Source: a virus (Duplodnaviria > Heunggongvirae > Uroviricota > Caudoviricetes). From it: a stretch of DNA of 64,000 nucleotides. Positions within the stretch are counted from its first letter, which is position 1. The number at the start of each line of letters is the position of its first letter. The notes beneath the pieces were generated by a model. That model searched no databases. It was not told where the DNA came from and saw nothing but the letters and a program-made list of their open reading frames with translations. A program made the position numbers and the translations under genes. The stretch lies in IMG/VR virus record IMGVR_UViG_2778261667_000017. One strand, 5' to 3'. This document shows, in pieces, positions 9,777-19,733 of this stretch.

Positions 9777-11017
9777 TGTTCTTTTCGGGATTATTTCAAC
9801 GAAAAAGTGACGCACCGGTGACCACGCCAGCAGAGCTGGCGGATGCTATCGGGTTGTCCTACGACACCTATACCGGAAAGCAGATCAGCAGCCAGCGGGC
9901 CATGCGACTGACGGCGGTTTTTTCCTGTGTCAGGGTGCTGGCGGAGTCGGTCGGGATGTTGCCCTGCAACCTGTATCACCTGAACGGCAGCCTGAAGCAG
10001 AGAGCCACTGGCGAACGTCTGCATAAGCTGATCTCCACGCATCCCAATGGCTATATGACGCCGCAGGAGTTCTGGGAGCTGGTGGTCACCTGTCTGTGCC
10101 TGCGGGGAAACTTTTACGCCTACAAAGTGAAAGCATTTGGCGAAGTGGCTGAACTGCTGCCCGTCGATCCCGGCTGTGTGGTACCGAAGCTTAACAGTAG
10201 CTGGGAGCCGATCTATCAGGTCACATTCCCGGATGGCTCCACGGATGTACTGAGCCAGGAGGATATCTGGCATGTGCGCACGCTGACGCTGGACGGACTG
10301 GTGGGGCTGAATCCCATCGCCTATGCCCGCGAGGCAATATCGCTGGCAGCTGCGACCGAAGAGCACGGGGCCAGACTGTTCAGCAATGGCGCGGTGACGT
10401 CGGGTGTGTTGCGTACAGAGCAGACGCTGTCAGATCAGGCTTATGAGCGCCTGAAGAAAGATTTTGAGGAGCGTCACACCGGGCTTGGCAATGCTCACCG
10501 CCCGATGATCCTTGAGATGGGGCTGGACTGGAAGTCGATGGCGCTGAACGCCGAGGACAGCCAGTTCCTGGAAACCCGCAAGTTTCAGCTTGAAGAAATC
10601 TGTCGTCTGTTCCGGGTGCCGTTGCACATGGTGCAGAACACCGATCGCGCCACCTTCAACAATATCGAAGAGCTGGGGCTGGGATTTATCAACTATTCAC
10701 TGGTGCCGTATCTGACCCGCATCGAACAGCGGATCAACACCGGACTGGTACGAAAAAGTAAGCAGGGCGTTTATTACGCCAAATTTAACGCCGGGGCGTT
10801 ACTGCGCGGGGATATGAAGTCCCGTTTTGAAGCCTACGCCACCGGGATCAACTGGGGAATTTACTCTCCCAATGACTGCCGCGACCTGGAAGATATGAAT
10901 CCGCGTCCCGGTGGTGATGTCTATCTCACACCGATGAACATGACCACGAAACCCTCCGATGGCAGTAAGGCCGGTAAGCAGAAGGATAACGCCAATGCAG
11001 ACGAAACAACGTCTTGA
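9776..11017 (+). CDS. portal protein (HK97 family)
   Basis: 413 aa; follows terminase, precedes prohead protease. Confidence 0.85.
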   Translation: MFFSGLFQRKSDAPVTTPAELADAIGLSYDTYTGKQISSQRAMRLTAVFSCVRVLAESVGMLPCNLYHLNGSLKQRATGERLHKLISTHPNGYMTPQEFWELVVTCLCLRGNFYAYKVKAFGEVAELLPVDPGCVVPKLNSSWEPIYQVTFPDGSTDVLSQEDIWHVRTLTLDGLVGLNPIAYAREAISLAAATEEHGARLFSNGAVTSGVLRTEQTLSDQAYERLKKDFEERHTGLGNAHRPMILEMGLDWKSMALNAEDSQFLETRKFQLEEICRLFRVPLHMVQNTDRATFNNIEELGLGFINYSLVPYLTRIEQRINTGLVRKSKQGVYYAKFNAGALLRGDMKSRFEAYATGINWGIYSPNDCRDLEDMNPRPGGDVYLTPMNMTTKPSDGSKAGKQKDNANADETTS

Positions 11018-11645
11018 TGTACCGCTGAGTCTGAAATCTGTCAGTGACTCCGGTGAGTTTGAAGGGTATGGCTCCGTCTTTGGTGTAAAGGACAGCCACG
11101 ATGATGTGGTGATGTCCGGGGCATTTGCTGCTTCCCTGCGGGCGTGGAGTGACAGAAAAGCGTTACCTGCGCTGCTCTGGCAGCACCGCATGGATGAACC
11201 CATCGGTGTTTACACCGAAATGAAGGAAGACGATGTCGGGCTTTACGTCAGGGGACGGTTGCTTATTGATGATGATCCCCTCGCAAAACGCGCACATGCA
11301 CACATGAAGGCCGGTTCGTTAACCGGCCTTTCTATTGGGTACGTCCTGAAAGACTGGGAATACGACCGGAGCAAAGAAGCCTTTCTGCTGAAAGAAATCG
11401 ACCTCTGGGAAGTCAGCCTAGTGACGTTCCCGTCTAACGACGAGGCGCGGATCAGCGACGTCAAGAACGCACTGGCCCGCGGGGAAATCCCCGAACAGAA
11501 AAAAATCGAAAGAGTCCTGCGTGATGTCGGACTCTCCCGTACCCAGGCCAAAGCATTCATGGCCGGGGGCTATGGCGCACTGTCCCTGCGCGACGCTGAG
11601 GATGTGGGCTCTGCACTGAATGCACTGAAAAATCTGAACTTCTAA
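10995..11645 (+). CDS. prohead protease (HK97 family)
   Basis: Start at internal ATG MQTKQRL overlapping the portal 3' end; position between portal and capsid. Confidence 0.75.
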   Translation: MQTKQRLDVPLSLKSVSDSGEFEGYGSVFGVKDSHDDVVMSGAFAASLRAWSDRKALPALLWQHRMDEPIGVYTEMKEDDVGLYVRGRLLIDDDPLAKRAHAHMKAGSLTGLSIGYVLKDWEYDRSKEAFLLKEIDLWEVSLVTFPSNDEARISDVKNALARGEIPEQKKIERVLRDVGLSRTQAKAFMAGGYGALSLRDAEDVGSALNALKNLNF

Positions 11646-11659
11646 TCAGGAGAAATACG

Positions 11660-12865
11660 ATGGCGGTTGATATTAAAGATGTCGAACAGGTCGCGCAGGA
11701 GCTGCAGCAGAAGTTTGACGACTTCAAAGCAAAGAACGACAAGCGCGTGGATGCGATTGAGCAGGAAAAAGGCAAGCTTGCCGGGCAGGTGGAAACCCTG
11801 AACGGGAAACTCAGCGAGCTGGAAAATCTCAAAAGCGACCTTGAAAAAGAGCTGCTTGAGCTGAAACGTCCGGCAGGTGGAGCGCAAAATAAACTGGCCA
11901 CCGAGCATAAAGAGGCGTTTGTGGGCTTCCTGCGTAAAGGCCGTGAAGACGGTCTGCGCGATCTGGAGCGTAAGGCATTGCAGGTGGGTACCGATGAAGA
12001 CGGTGGCTACGCCGTGCCGGAAGAACTGGATCGCAACATTCTTAACCTGCTGAAAGATGAAGTTGTGATGCGTCAGGAAGCCACGGTGATCACCGTTGGC
12101 GGTTCCGACTACAAAAAACTGGTGAATCTGGGCGGTACGGCTTCCGGATGGGTGGGGGAAACGGATACGCGATCCCAGACTGCCACCTCCAGACTGGAGC
12201 TGATTGAACCTCTCATGGGGGAAATCTACGGCAACCCGCAGGCTACCCAGAAAATGCTGGACGATGCCTTCTTCAACGTGGAGGCCTGGATCAACAGCGA
12301 GCTGGCAACCGAATTTGCCGAACAGGAAGAAATTGCCTTTACCTCAGGCGATGGCACCAAGAAGCCGAAAGGGTTCCTGGCGTATGAATCCACCGATGAA
12401 ACCGACAAGGTCCGGGCGTTCGGCAAACTTCAGCATATTGTATCCGGCGAAGCGACCGCGGTGACCGCAGACGCCATTATCAAACTGATTTACACGCTGC
12501 GTAAGGCACACCGCACTGGCGCGAAGTTCATGATGAACAACAACAGCCTGTTTGCCATCCGTCTGCTTAAAGACAGCGAGGGTAACTATCTGTGGCGTCC
12601 GGGGCTGGAACTGGGACAGCCGTCCTCTCTGGCGGGTTACGGTATCGCTGAAAACGAACAGATGCCGGATATCGCCGCTGATGCGAAAGCCATTGCATTT
12701 GGTAACTTCAAACGGGGTTACACCATCGTTGACCGTATCGGCACCCGCATTCTGCGTGATCCGTACACCAATAAACCGTTTGTCGGTTTTTATACCACCA
12801 AGCGCACCGGCGGGATGCTGGTCGATTCGCAGGCCATCAAACTGCTGAAGATTGCAGCGGCGTAA
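11660..12865 (+). CDS. major capsid protein (HK97 fold, with N-terminal coiled-coil delta domain)
   Basis: 401 aa; N-terminal 100 aa K/E-rich coiled coil. Confidence 0.85.
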   Translation: MAVDIKDVEQVAQELQQKFDDFKAKNDKRVDAIEQEKGKLAGQVETLNGKLSELENLKSDLEKELLELKRPAGGAQNKLATEHKEAFVGFLRKGREDGLRDLERKALQVGTDEDGGYAVPEELDRNILNLLKDEVVMRQEATVITVGGSDYKKLVNLGGTASGWVGETDTRSQTATSRLELIEPLMGEIYGNPQATQKMLDDAFFNVEAWINSELATEFAEQEEIAFTSGDGTKKPKGFLAYESTDETDKVRAFGKLQHIVSGEATAVTADAIIKLIYTLRKAHRTGAKFMMNNNSLFAIRLLKDSEGNYLWRPGLELGQPSSLAGYGIAENEQMPDIAADAKAIAFGNFKRGYTIVDRIGTRILRDPYTNKPFVGFYTTKRTGGMLVDSQAIKLLKIAAA

Positions 12866-12914
12866 TCATTCAGGGGCGCGGAACCGCGCCCCCTGTCCTG
12901 ACGGGTGAAGAATC

Positions 12915-13115
12915 ATGATCCTGAAACAAGATCTGAAATGGTCACCGGACGGTATGCGTGTTGAGGTCATTCGGGCCGGTGAGTATGACGACGGGGCGCT
13001 TCCTGCCCGGGTGCAGGAGATTGCACTTCAGGCCGGGTTAGCTGAGCGCGGAACCAGTGCAAAAAGCAGTAAAGCGGCAAAAGAGAAAAAAGCCACGACC
13101 AGTAAAGAGAGCTGA
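12915..13115 (+). CDS. hypothetical small protein
   Basis: 66 aa ORF in the head module. Confidence 0.35.
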   Translation: MILKQDLKWSPDGMRVEVIRAGEYDDGALPARVQEIALQAGLAERGTSAKSSKAAKEKKATTSKES

Positions 13116-13117
13116 GT

Positions 13118-13441
13118 ATGCTTCTGACAATGGAAGAGATTAAAGCCCAACTCCGGCTGGATGAGGATTTCGATGCTGATGACCGCCATCTGCAACTGCT
13201 GGCCTGTGCGGCGCAAAAGCGGACGGAAACGTATCTGAACCGGAAGCTCTATGCACCGGATGAATCCATTCCGGACAGCGATCCGGACGGACTGCACCTG
13301 CCGGATGATATTCGTCTGGGGATGCTGATGCTTATCAGCCATTTTTACGAAAACCGCTCGTCGGTTACGGAAGTGGAGAAACTCGACATGCCGCAGAGTT
13401 TTGGCTGGCTTGTCGGCCCGTACAGGTACTTTCCGCAATGA
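13118..13441 (+). CDS. head-tail connector protein (gp6-like)
   Basis: 107 aa, position after capsid. Confidence 0.55.
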   Translation: MLLTMEEIKAQLRLDEDFDADDRHLQLLACAAQKRTETYLNRKLYAPDESIPDSDPDGLHLPDDIRLGMLMLISHFYENRSSVTEVEKLDMPQSFGWLVGPYRYFPQ

Positions 13442-13848
13442 AAATTCGTCAGGCGCAGACCAGCGCAACCTACATTCTGCCGGACCCCGGTGAACTGAAT
13501 AAACGCGTCCTGATCCGCCTGCGGGTGGATATGCCCGCGGATAACTTTGGCGTGGAGCCTCAATACCCGGTTACGTTCCGGACATGGGCGAAGGTTATCC
13601 AGACCAGTGCCACCACCTGGCAGGAAACCGCGCAGACAGGGGACGCCATCACCCATTACATCACCATTCGTTATCGCCGGGGGATCACCGCTGATTATGA
13701 GGTGGTCTGCGGTGACAGTGTGTACCGGGTGAAACGTCAGCGCGATCTGAACGGGGCGCGGCGCTTTCTGCTGCTGGAGTGTACGGAGCTGGGCGAATTT
13801 ACGCAGAGTCACGGAGGCAGCAATGGCGACTCCCTTTTTTCACGTTGA
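13438..13848 (+). CDS. head closure / head-tail adaptor protein
   Basis: Overlapping stop-start with the previous gene. Confidence 0.5.
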   Translation: MKIRQAQTSATYILPDPGELNKRVLIRLRVDMPADNFGVEPQYPVTFRTWAKVIQTSATTWQETAQTGDAITHYITIRYRRGITADYEVVCGDSVYRVKRQRDLNGARRFLLLECTELGEFTQSHGGSNGDSLFSR

Positions 13849-14320
13849 TGTTCAGCAGCCCGCGGAGATGCGCTTTAACCGCGCCCGTGTCCGGCGGGCG
13901 TTTGTCACGATTGGGCAGCGTCATATGCGTGATGCCCGTCGGCTGGTGATGCGCCGTGCGCGGTCGGCACCAGGTGAAAACCCCGGTTATCAGACCGGAC
14001 GCCTGGCTCGTTCGATTGGTTACATGGTGCCGGGAGCCAGTAAAAAGCGAGCCGGTTTTATGACACGCATTGCCCCTAACCAGCGCAACGGGAGGGGGAA
14101 CCGGATGATCTCTGGTGACTTCTATCCGGCGTTTCTGTTTTTTGGTGTCCGGGGAGGAGCAAAACGTCGTCGCAGTCATCATCGTGGTGCATCCGGTGGC
14201 AGCGGCTGGCGACTGGCTCCACGTAATAACTTCATGGTGGAAACGCTTGAAAAGAACCGCAGCTGGACACGCTATTTTCTGGCGCGGGAATTGCGTAAAT
14301 CACTGAAGCCGGAGCGATGA
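13823..14320 (+). CDS. neck / tail completion protein
   Basis: 165 aa ORF in the neck region. Confidence 0.4.
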   Translation: MATPFFHVDVQQPAEMRFNRARVRRAFVTIGQRHMRDARRLVMRRARSAPGENPGYQTGRLARSIGYMVPGASKKRAGFMTRIAPNQRNGRGNRMISGDFYPAFLFFGVRGGAKRRRSHHRGASGGSGWRLAPRNNFMVETLEKNRSWTRYFLARELRKSLKPER

Positions 14321-14886
14321 CGCAGATGAAACTGACGCCTGTTATTGCTGCGCTGCGTGCCCGCTGCCCGTATTTTGAAAACCGGGTGGCAGGTGCGGCA
14401 CAGTTCAAAAATCTGCCGGAGGTCGGAAAGCTGAAACTCCCGGCGGCGTATGTGGTACCGGGTGATGACTCTCCTGGAGAAAACAAAAGCCAGACCGACT
14501 ACTGGCAGGAGCTGAAAGAGGGCTTCTCCGTGGTTGTCATACTGAGTAACGGGCGTGATGAGCGCGGTCAGTTTGCCTCGTATGATGTGGTGGACGATGT
14601 CCGGCAGATGCTCTTTAAGGCCCTGCTGGGCTGGAACCCGGAAGCGTGCGGTAACCCGATTACCTATGACGGCGGCACGCTGCTGGATCTGAATCGTCAT
14701 GAGCTGATTTATCAGTTCGATTTTTCGGTCATCAGCGAGCTGACCGAAGACGATACCCGCCAGCAGGATGATCTGAACAGTCTGGATGAACTGCAAACGC
14801 TGGCGATTGATGTTGATTATCTCGAGCCCGGTAACGGGCCTGACGGCGATATCGAACATCACACCGAAATACCCCTTCCTTCCTGA
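14317..14886 (+). CDS. virion structural protein (tail completion-like)
   Basis: 189 aa, overlapping start. Confidence 0.4.
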   Translation: MTQMKLTPVIAALRARCPYFENRVAGAAQFKNLPEVGKLKLPAAYVVPGDDSPGENKSQTDYWQELKEGFSVVVILSNGRDERGQFASYDVVDDVRQMLFKALLGWNPEACGNPITYDGGTLLDLNRHELIYQFDFSVISELTEDDTRQQDDLNSLDELQTLAIDVDYLEPGNGPDGDIEHHTEIPLPS

Positions 14887-14894
14887 GGATCATC

Positions 14895-15065
14895 ATGTTT
14901 GTCAAACCTGTTAAAGGGCGGTCAGTGCCTGACCCTGCCCGCGGTGACTTTTTGCCCGCCGAAGGGCGAAATGTTGACGAGAACAACTACTGGCTGCGCC
15001 GTGAAGCAGCGGGTGATATCCGGCGCGTGAATAAAAAGGTGAACACCGATGACGATAAGCTTTAA
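14895..15065 (+). CDS. small protein preceding the tail sheath (Mu-like module)
   Basis: 56 aa ORF MFVKPVKGRSV, not in the ORF track (below its size cut-off); overlaps the sheath start. Confidence 0.35.
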   Translation: MFVKPVKGRSVPDPARGDFLPAEGRNVDENNYWLRREAAGDIRRVNKKVNTDDDKL

Positions 15066-16545
15066 CACCATTCCGTCGAATACGCTGGTTCCGCTGTTTT
15101 ATGCGGAAATGGATAACCAGGCGGCGAATACTGCACAGGACAGCGGAGCATCGCTGCTGATTGGTCATGCCAATAACGGTGCAGAGATTGTTGCCAACAG
15201 TCTGGTGCTGATGCCGTCGGCAGACTATGCACGCCAGATTTGTGGTGCGGGAAGTCAGCTGGCGCGTATGGTCGAGGCTTATCGCCAGACCGACCTGTTT
15301 GGCGAGCTGTATGTGATTGCCGTTCCGGAAGCCACAGGCGCGGCGGCAACGGTTACGCTGACGGTGACCGGGGAAGCAACCGAAAGCGGCACGGTGAATG
15401 TCTATGTGGGACGTACCCGCGTGCAGGCTCCGGTGACCAACGGCGATAACGTCACGACGATTGCCAGCAGTATCCAGGATGCCATCAATGCCGTTCCGAC
15501 TCTGCCGTTTACAGCTTCATCTTCAGCTGGTGTTGTCACGCTGACCGCGCGTCATAAGGGGCTTTGCGGGAATGAAATTCCTGTCAGCCTCAATTACTAC
15601 GGCTTCGGTGGGGGCGAAGTGCTGCCAGCGGGCGTACAGATTGCCGTGGCGACGGGGACCGCCGGAACGGGCGCTCCGGTTCTCACCGGCGCGGTGGCTG
15701 CAATGGCGGATGAGCCGTTTGATTATATCGGCCTGCCGTTCAACGACACGGCCTCCGTTAACACGCTGGTGACTGAGATGAACGATACCAGCGGTCGCTG
15801 GAGCTATGCGCGTCAGCTGTATGGTCATGTGTATACGGCAAAGACCGGTACGCTGTCAGAACTGGTGACCGCAGGTGACCAGTTTAACCAGCAGCACATT
15901 ACCCTGGCGGGGTACGAAAAAGAGACCCAGACGCCTGCCGACGAACTGGCGGCAAGCCGTACCGCCCGCGCAGCGGTGTTTATTCGCAACGATCCGGCAC
16001 GTCCCACGCAGACCGGTGAGCTGGTGGGTATGCTGCCTGCGCCGAAGGGGAAACGGTTCACGATGACCGAACAACAGACCCTGCTGTCTCATGGCGTGGC
16101 AACGGCGTATGTCGAAAGCGGGGTACTGCGCATTCAGCGTGATGTCACCACGTACAGGAAAAACGCTTACGGGGTTGCGGATAACAGCTACCTAGACAGT
16201 GAGACTCTGCATACCAGCGCGTATGTACTGCGCAAACTGAAATCCGTCATTACCAGTAAGTACGGGCGTCACAAGCTTGCCAGTGACGGTACCCGCTTTG
16301 GTCCCGGTCAGGCAATTGTCACCCCGGCGGTGATCAAAGGGGAACTGCTGGCAACCTACCGTCAGCTTGAGCGTGCGGGGATCGTGGAAAACTACGAACT
16401 GTTTAAGCAGTACCTGGTTGTGGAGCGTGATGCCAGCGATCCGAACCGCCTGAACACGCTGTTCCCGCCTGACTATGTTAACCAGTTGCGTGTCTTTGCC
16501 GTGGTTAACCAGTTCCGTCTTCAGTATTCAGAGGAGTCTGCATAA
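15049..16545 (+). CDS. contractile tail sheath protein (Mu gpL-like)
   Basis: 498 aa; followed by tube, chaperone and tape measure. Confidence 0.8.
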   Translation: MTISFNTIPSNTLVPLFYAEMDNQAANTAQDSGASLLIGHANNGAEIVANSLVLMPSADYARQICGAGSQLARMVEAYRQTDLFGELYVIAVPEATGAAATVTLTVTGEATESGTVNVYVGRTRVQAPVTNGDNVTTIASSIQDAINAVPTLPFTASSSAGVVTLTARHKGLCGNEIPVSLNYYGFGGGEVLPAGVQIAVATGTAGTGAPVLTGAVAAMADEPFDYIGLPFNDTASVNTLVTEMNDTSGRWSYARQLYGHVYTAKTGTLSELVTAGDQFNQQHITLAGYEKETQTPADELAASRTARAAVFIRNDPARPTQTGELVGMLPAPKGKRFTMTEQQTLLSHGVATAYVESGVLRIQRDVTTYRKNAYGVADNSYLDSETLHTSAYVLRKLKSVITSKYGRHKLASDGTRFGPGQAIVTPAVIKGELLATYRQLERAGIVENYELFKQYLVVERDASDPNRLNTLFPPDYVNQLRVFAVVNQFRLQYSEESA

Positions 16546-16901
16546 TGGCCCGTATCGGGGGAACCTGTTATTTCAAAATTGACGGTCAGCAGCTATCGCT
16601 GGCCGGCGGCATTGAGGTGCCCATGAACAGGACGGTCAATGATGACATCATCGGCCTGGACGGTTCAGTGGACCGCAAGGAAACTCACCGTGCGCCTTAT
16701 GTCAAAGGGACCTTCAAGGTGCCGAAGAATTTTCCGGTGAGCAAAATCACCTCGTCTGATGAGATGACCATCACTGCCGAGCTGGCGAACGGTCAGGTCT
16801 ATGTACTGTCGTCTGCCTGGCTGCATGGCGAAGCGAACCATAATGCCGAAGAAGGCACGGTTGATCTTGAGTTCCACGGTGAAGAAGGGGATTACCAGTA
16901 A
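16545..16901 (+). CDS. tail tube protein
   Basis: 118 aa directly after the sheath. Confidence 0.7.
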   Translation: MARIGGTCYFKIDGQQLSLAGGIEVPMNRTVNDDIIGLDGSVDRKETHRAPYVKGTFKVPKNFPVSKITSSDEMTITAELANGQVYVLSSAWLHGEANHNAEEGTVDLEFHGEEGDYQ

Positions 16902-17170
16902 TGAAAGAGCTTGAGTTAAAGAAACCGATCACTGCTCATGGCGAGACACTCTCCGTACTGGAGTTTGATGAGCCCACCGGGAAAGATGTCCGCGAGCTGG
17001 GGTATCCCTACCAGATGAATCAGGATGAGTCCGTCAGACTTCTGGCGCATGTGGTGTCGAAATACATTGTGCGGCTGGCGAAAGTGCCGCAAAGCTCTGT
17101 CGACCAGATGTCTCCGGCAGACATGAATGCAGCGGCGTGGCTTGTGGCTGGTTTTTTCCTCCAGGCCTGA
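16901..17170 (+). CDS. tail assembly chaperone
   Basis: 89 aa before the tape measure; overlapped by a -1 frame ORF. Confidence 0.6.
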   Translation: MKELELKKPITAHGETLSVLEFDEPTGKDVRELGYPYQMNQDESVRLLAHVVSKYIVRLAKVPQSSVDQMSPADMNAAAWLVAGFFLQA

Positions 17171-17319
17171 CGGCTGAATACCTCACTGATCGCTTCTTTG
17201 ACTGCGCCAGCTACTGGCACATTAATCCCTTCGAATTGCTGAATATGCCGATCAGTGAAATTCCCTTACTGGTCAGTCAGGCAAACAGGATAGAGCAGGA
17301 GAAACGCACACATGGCTGA
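17137..17319 (+). CDS. tail assembly chaperone frameshift extension (-1 frame)
   Basis: ORF in the -1 frame overlapping the chaperone 3' end; slippery heptamer T_TTT_TTC at 17152..17158. Confidence 0.45.
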   Translation: MACGWFFPPGLTAEYLTDRFFDCASYWHINPFELLNMPISEIPLLVSQANRIEQEKRTHG

Positions 17320-19144
17320 ATTTGAGCTTAAGGCGTTGATCACCGGTGTCGACAGGCTTTCTCCCGCGCTGTCGAAAATGCAAAAGAAAATCCGGGGATT
17401 TAAACGCCAGGCGGAAGAAGCGTCACAGGGTGGGCTGGCGCTTGGTGGCGGACTGGCTGCGGGTCTGACGCTTTCCCTGAAATCTTATGCCGATCAGGAA
17501 AACGCCGCCACCGGGCTGAAAGTTGCCATGATGGATGCGAACGGTGAGGTCGGAAAGAGCTTTCAGGACATCAATAAACTGGCTATTGGTCTGGGTAACC
17601 AGCTACCCGGTACAACGGCTGATTTCCAGAACATGATGCAGATGCTGGTGCGTCAGGGGATCCCGGCAGAAAACATTCTGGGCGGTGTGGGTAAAGCGAC
17701 AGCTTATCTTGCGGTACAACTGAAAAAAACACCGGAAGCGGCTGCCGAGTTTGCCGCAAAGATGCAGGATGCTACCGGAACGGCGTCAGAAGACATGATG
17801 GGGCTGTTCGACACTATCCAGAAGGCGTTTTATCTGGGCGTTGACGATACCAACATGTTGTCCTTCTTCACTAAAACCAGCTCTGTTCTGAAGATGGTGA
17901 ACAAGGACGGTCTTCAGGCTGCACAGAGCCTTGCCCCCATCAGCGTCATGATGGATCAGATGGGGATGAACGGGGAATCGGCAGGTAACGCCCTGCGAAA
18001 AGTTATCCAGTCCGGATTAAGCGTTAAGAAAATCAGGGACGTCAATAAAATCATGGCCCGCCAGAAACTCGGGGTACAGCTCGATTTTACTGACGGCAAA
18101 GGGAGTTTTGGCGGTCTTGATAACATGTTCAGGCAACTGGCAAAGCTGCGAAAACTGACCGACGTTAAGCGAACAGGTGTACTTAAGGCAATATTTGGTG
18201 ATGATGCCGAAACCCTTCAGGTGGTCAATGCACTAATCGATAAAGGAAAGGATGGCTACGATCAGATCCAGCAGAAGATGAATAAACAGGCCAGCCTGAA
18301 TAAACGTGTGCAGGCACAGCTTGGTACGCTGTCCAACCTGTGGGAGGCAATGACAGGGACCGCAACTAACGGCCTTGCGGCTATTGGCGGCGCATTTTCT
18401 GGTGACGCTAAAAATATCACGCAATGGCTGGGGGAGTTGGGGGAGAAATTCACGAAGTTTGCGGATGAAAATCCCCGGGTTATTCGCGGCGTCGTCGGGC
18501 TTGCTGCCGGTCTTGCGATTCTGAAACTGGGATTGATGGGCGTTGGCGGTGCCATCAGTATTGTCAGCAGGATCATGTCGATGACGCCGATTGGCATGAT
18601 TGCGACGGCGATAGCCCTGGCTGCGGGATTAATTATCACTAACTGGGATGTTGTCGGACCTTATTTTAAGAAACTCTGGGAAACCATTGGTCCTTATTTT
18701 GAGGCTGGCTGGGAACTCCTTAAGAAAGTTTTTGCCTGGTCGCCGCTGGGGATGGTGATCAATAACTGGGGGCCGGTTGTTAAGTGGTTTCAGGATATGT
18801 GGGACAAGCTGAAGCCAATTATTGAGTGGTTTACCGACAGTTCCGGTGACACGGACGATGCCATTAACTCTGCGCAGTGGGGCGCGGGTGCTTATGATGC
18901 TTATGGGACGGGAATACCGGCGCGGGGATACACACCTTATCAGGCGGTAGATCCGGCTCAGTCAAACAACGCCTCCGATGCCACAGGCCCGAATCCCTTC
19001 ATGATCAACAAAGCTTCTGCGCCAAAAGTTGATGGTGAGATCAAGGTCTCTTTTGTGAATTCGCCTCCGGGTATGCGGGTTACGGAAACACGTTCCAGTG
19101 GCATTGATATTAATCACGATGTTGGGTACACCAGATTTAGGTAA
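17312..19144 (+). CDS. tail tape measure protein
   Basis: 610 aa; Gly/Ala-rich hydrophobic central region. Confidence 0.8.
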   Translation: MAEFELKALITGVDRLSPALSKMQKKIRGFKRQAEEASQGGLALGGGLAAGLTLSLKSYADQENAATGLKVAMMDANGEVGKSFQDINKLAIGLGNQLPGTTADFQNMMQMLVRQGIPAENILGGVGKATAYLAVQLKKTPEAAAEFAAKMQDATGTASEDMMGLFDTIQKAFYLGVDDTNMLSFFTKTSSVLKMVNKDGLQAAQSLAPISVMMDQMGMNGESAGNALRKVIQSGLSVKKIRDVNKIMARQKLGVQLDFTDGKGSFGGLDNMFRQLAKLRKLTDVKRTGVLKAIFGDDAETLQVVNALIDKGKDGYDQIQQKMNKQASLNKRVQAQLGTLSNLWEAMTGTATNGLAAIGGAFSGDAKNITQWLGELGEKFTKFADENPRVIRGVVGLAAGLAILKLGLMGVGGAISIVSRIMSMTPIGMIATAIALAAGLIITNWDVVGPYFKKLWETIGPYFEAGWELLKKVFAWSPLGMVINNWGPVVKWFQDMWDKLKPIIEWFTDSSGDTDDAINSAQWGAGAYDAYGTGIPARGYTPYQAVDPAQSNNASDATGPNPFMINKASAPKVDGEIKVSFVNSPPGMRVTETRSSGIDINHDVGYTRFR

Positions 19145-19176
19145 AGACGAACAGGGAGGGCCGCCCCTCCCTGAAC

Positions 19177-19623
19177 TTACTGTGCGAACACGCAATTTCG
19201 GCCTGATGGGGAGCCGACAATTCTGGACATTTTTTCGCAAATAATAGTTACCTGTTCTCCTTTTTTAAGAGCAGCAGCTGTTGATTTTTCAGAGTCTTGC
19301 ATCTCCATTCTTGCTGGCATGAATTCATTTTCAGTTCTGAATTTAATAATTATAGAGTCAGTAAAGTCCTTATCAATGGATTGTACGATACCTCTAACGG
19401 CGATTAATTTACCTTTTAACTGTTCATCGGTAGCGACTTCATTTTCTTCATACTCTTTAAACAGCTGTCGAGCAGTAGTGTTGTAGATTTCTTTTTGCGG
19501 TGCCGCAGCTTCCGTATCGGATGAGTATGAAGAATTAGAGCCTTTATCGTTATTGCCTGCAAAATATCCAATAATCACCAACCCGATGAAAATATATAAA
19601 ATCCATTTTAATAATTTCTTCAT
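19177..19623 (-). CDS. exported or membrane-anchored OB-fold-like protein (resembles the tRNA_anti-like family, from memory)
   Basis: 148 aa; N-terminal hydrophobic anchor LLKWILYIFIGLVIIGYFAG; AT-rich; sole reverse-strand gene inside the tail module. Confidence 0.55.
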   Translation of the reverse strand: MKKLLKWILYIFIGLVIIGYFAGNNDKGSNSSYSSDTEAAAPQKEIYNTTARQLFKEYEENEVATDEQLKGKLIAVRGIVQSIDKDFTDSIIIKFRTENEFMPARMEMQDSEKSTAAALKKGEQVTIICEKMSRIVGSPSGRNCVFAQ

Positions 19624-19733
19624 GTTATCACCTTAATGCTAATAATTTATATGGTTACAAATGGTAATGGCTACCACTACAAATTATGGCATTACCAGTA
19701 AATATTACTACTGATAATAAATATGGGAGTTAT

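Noticed and set aside
10799-11203. 134 aa antisense ORF within the portal/protease genes, and similar long antisense ORFs (for example 14272..14862, 20414..20911, 58585..59142, 59844..60509)
   Set aside because: These are shadow ORFs on the strand opposite to well-supported GC-rich structural genes; no start context or independent support.
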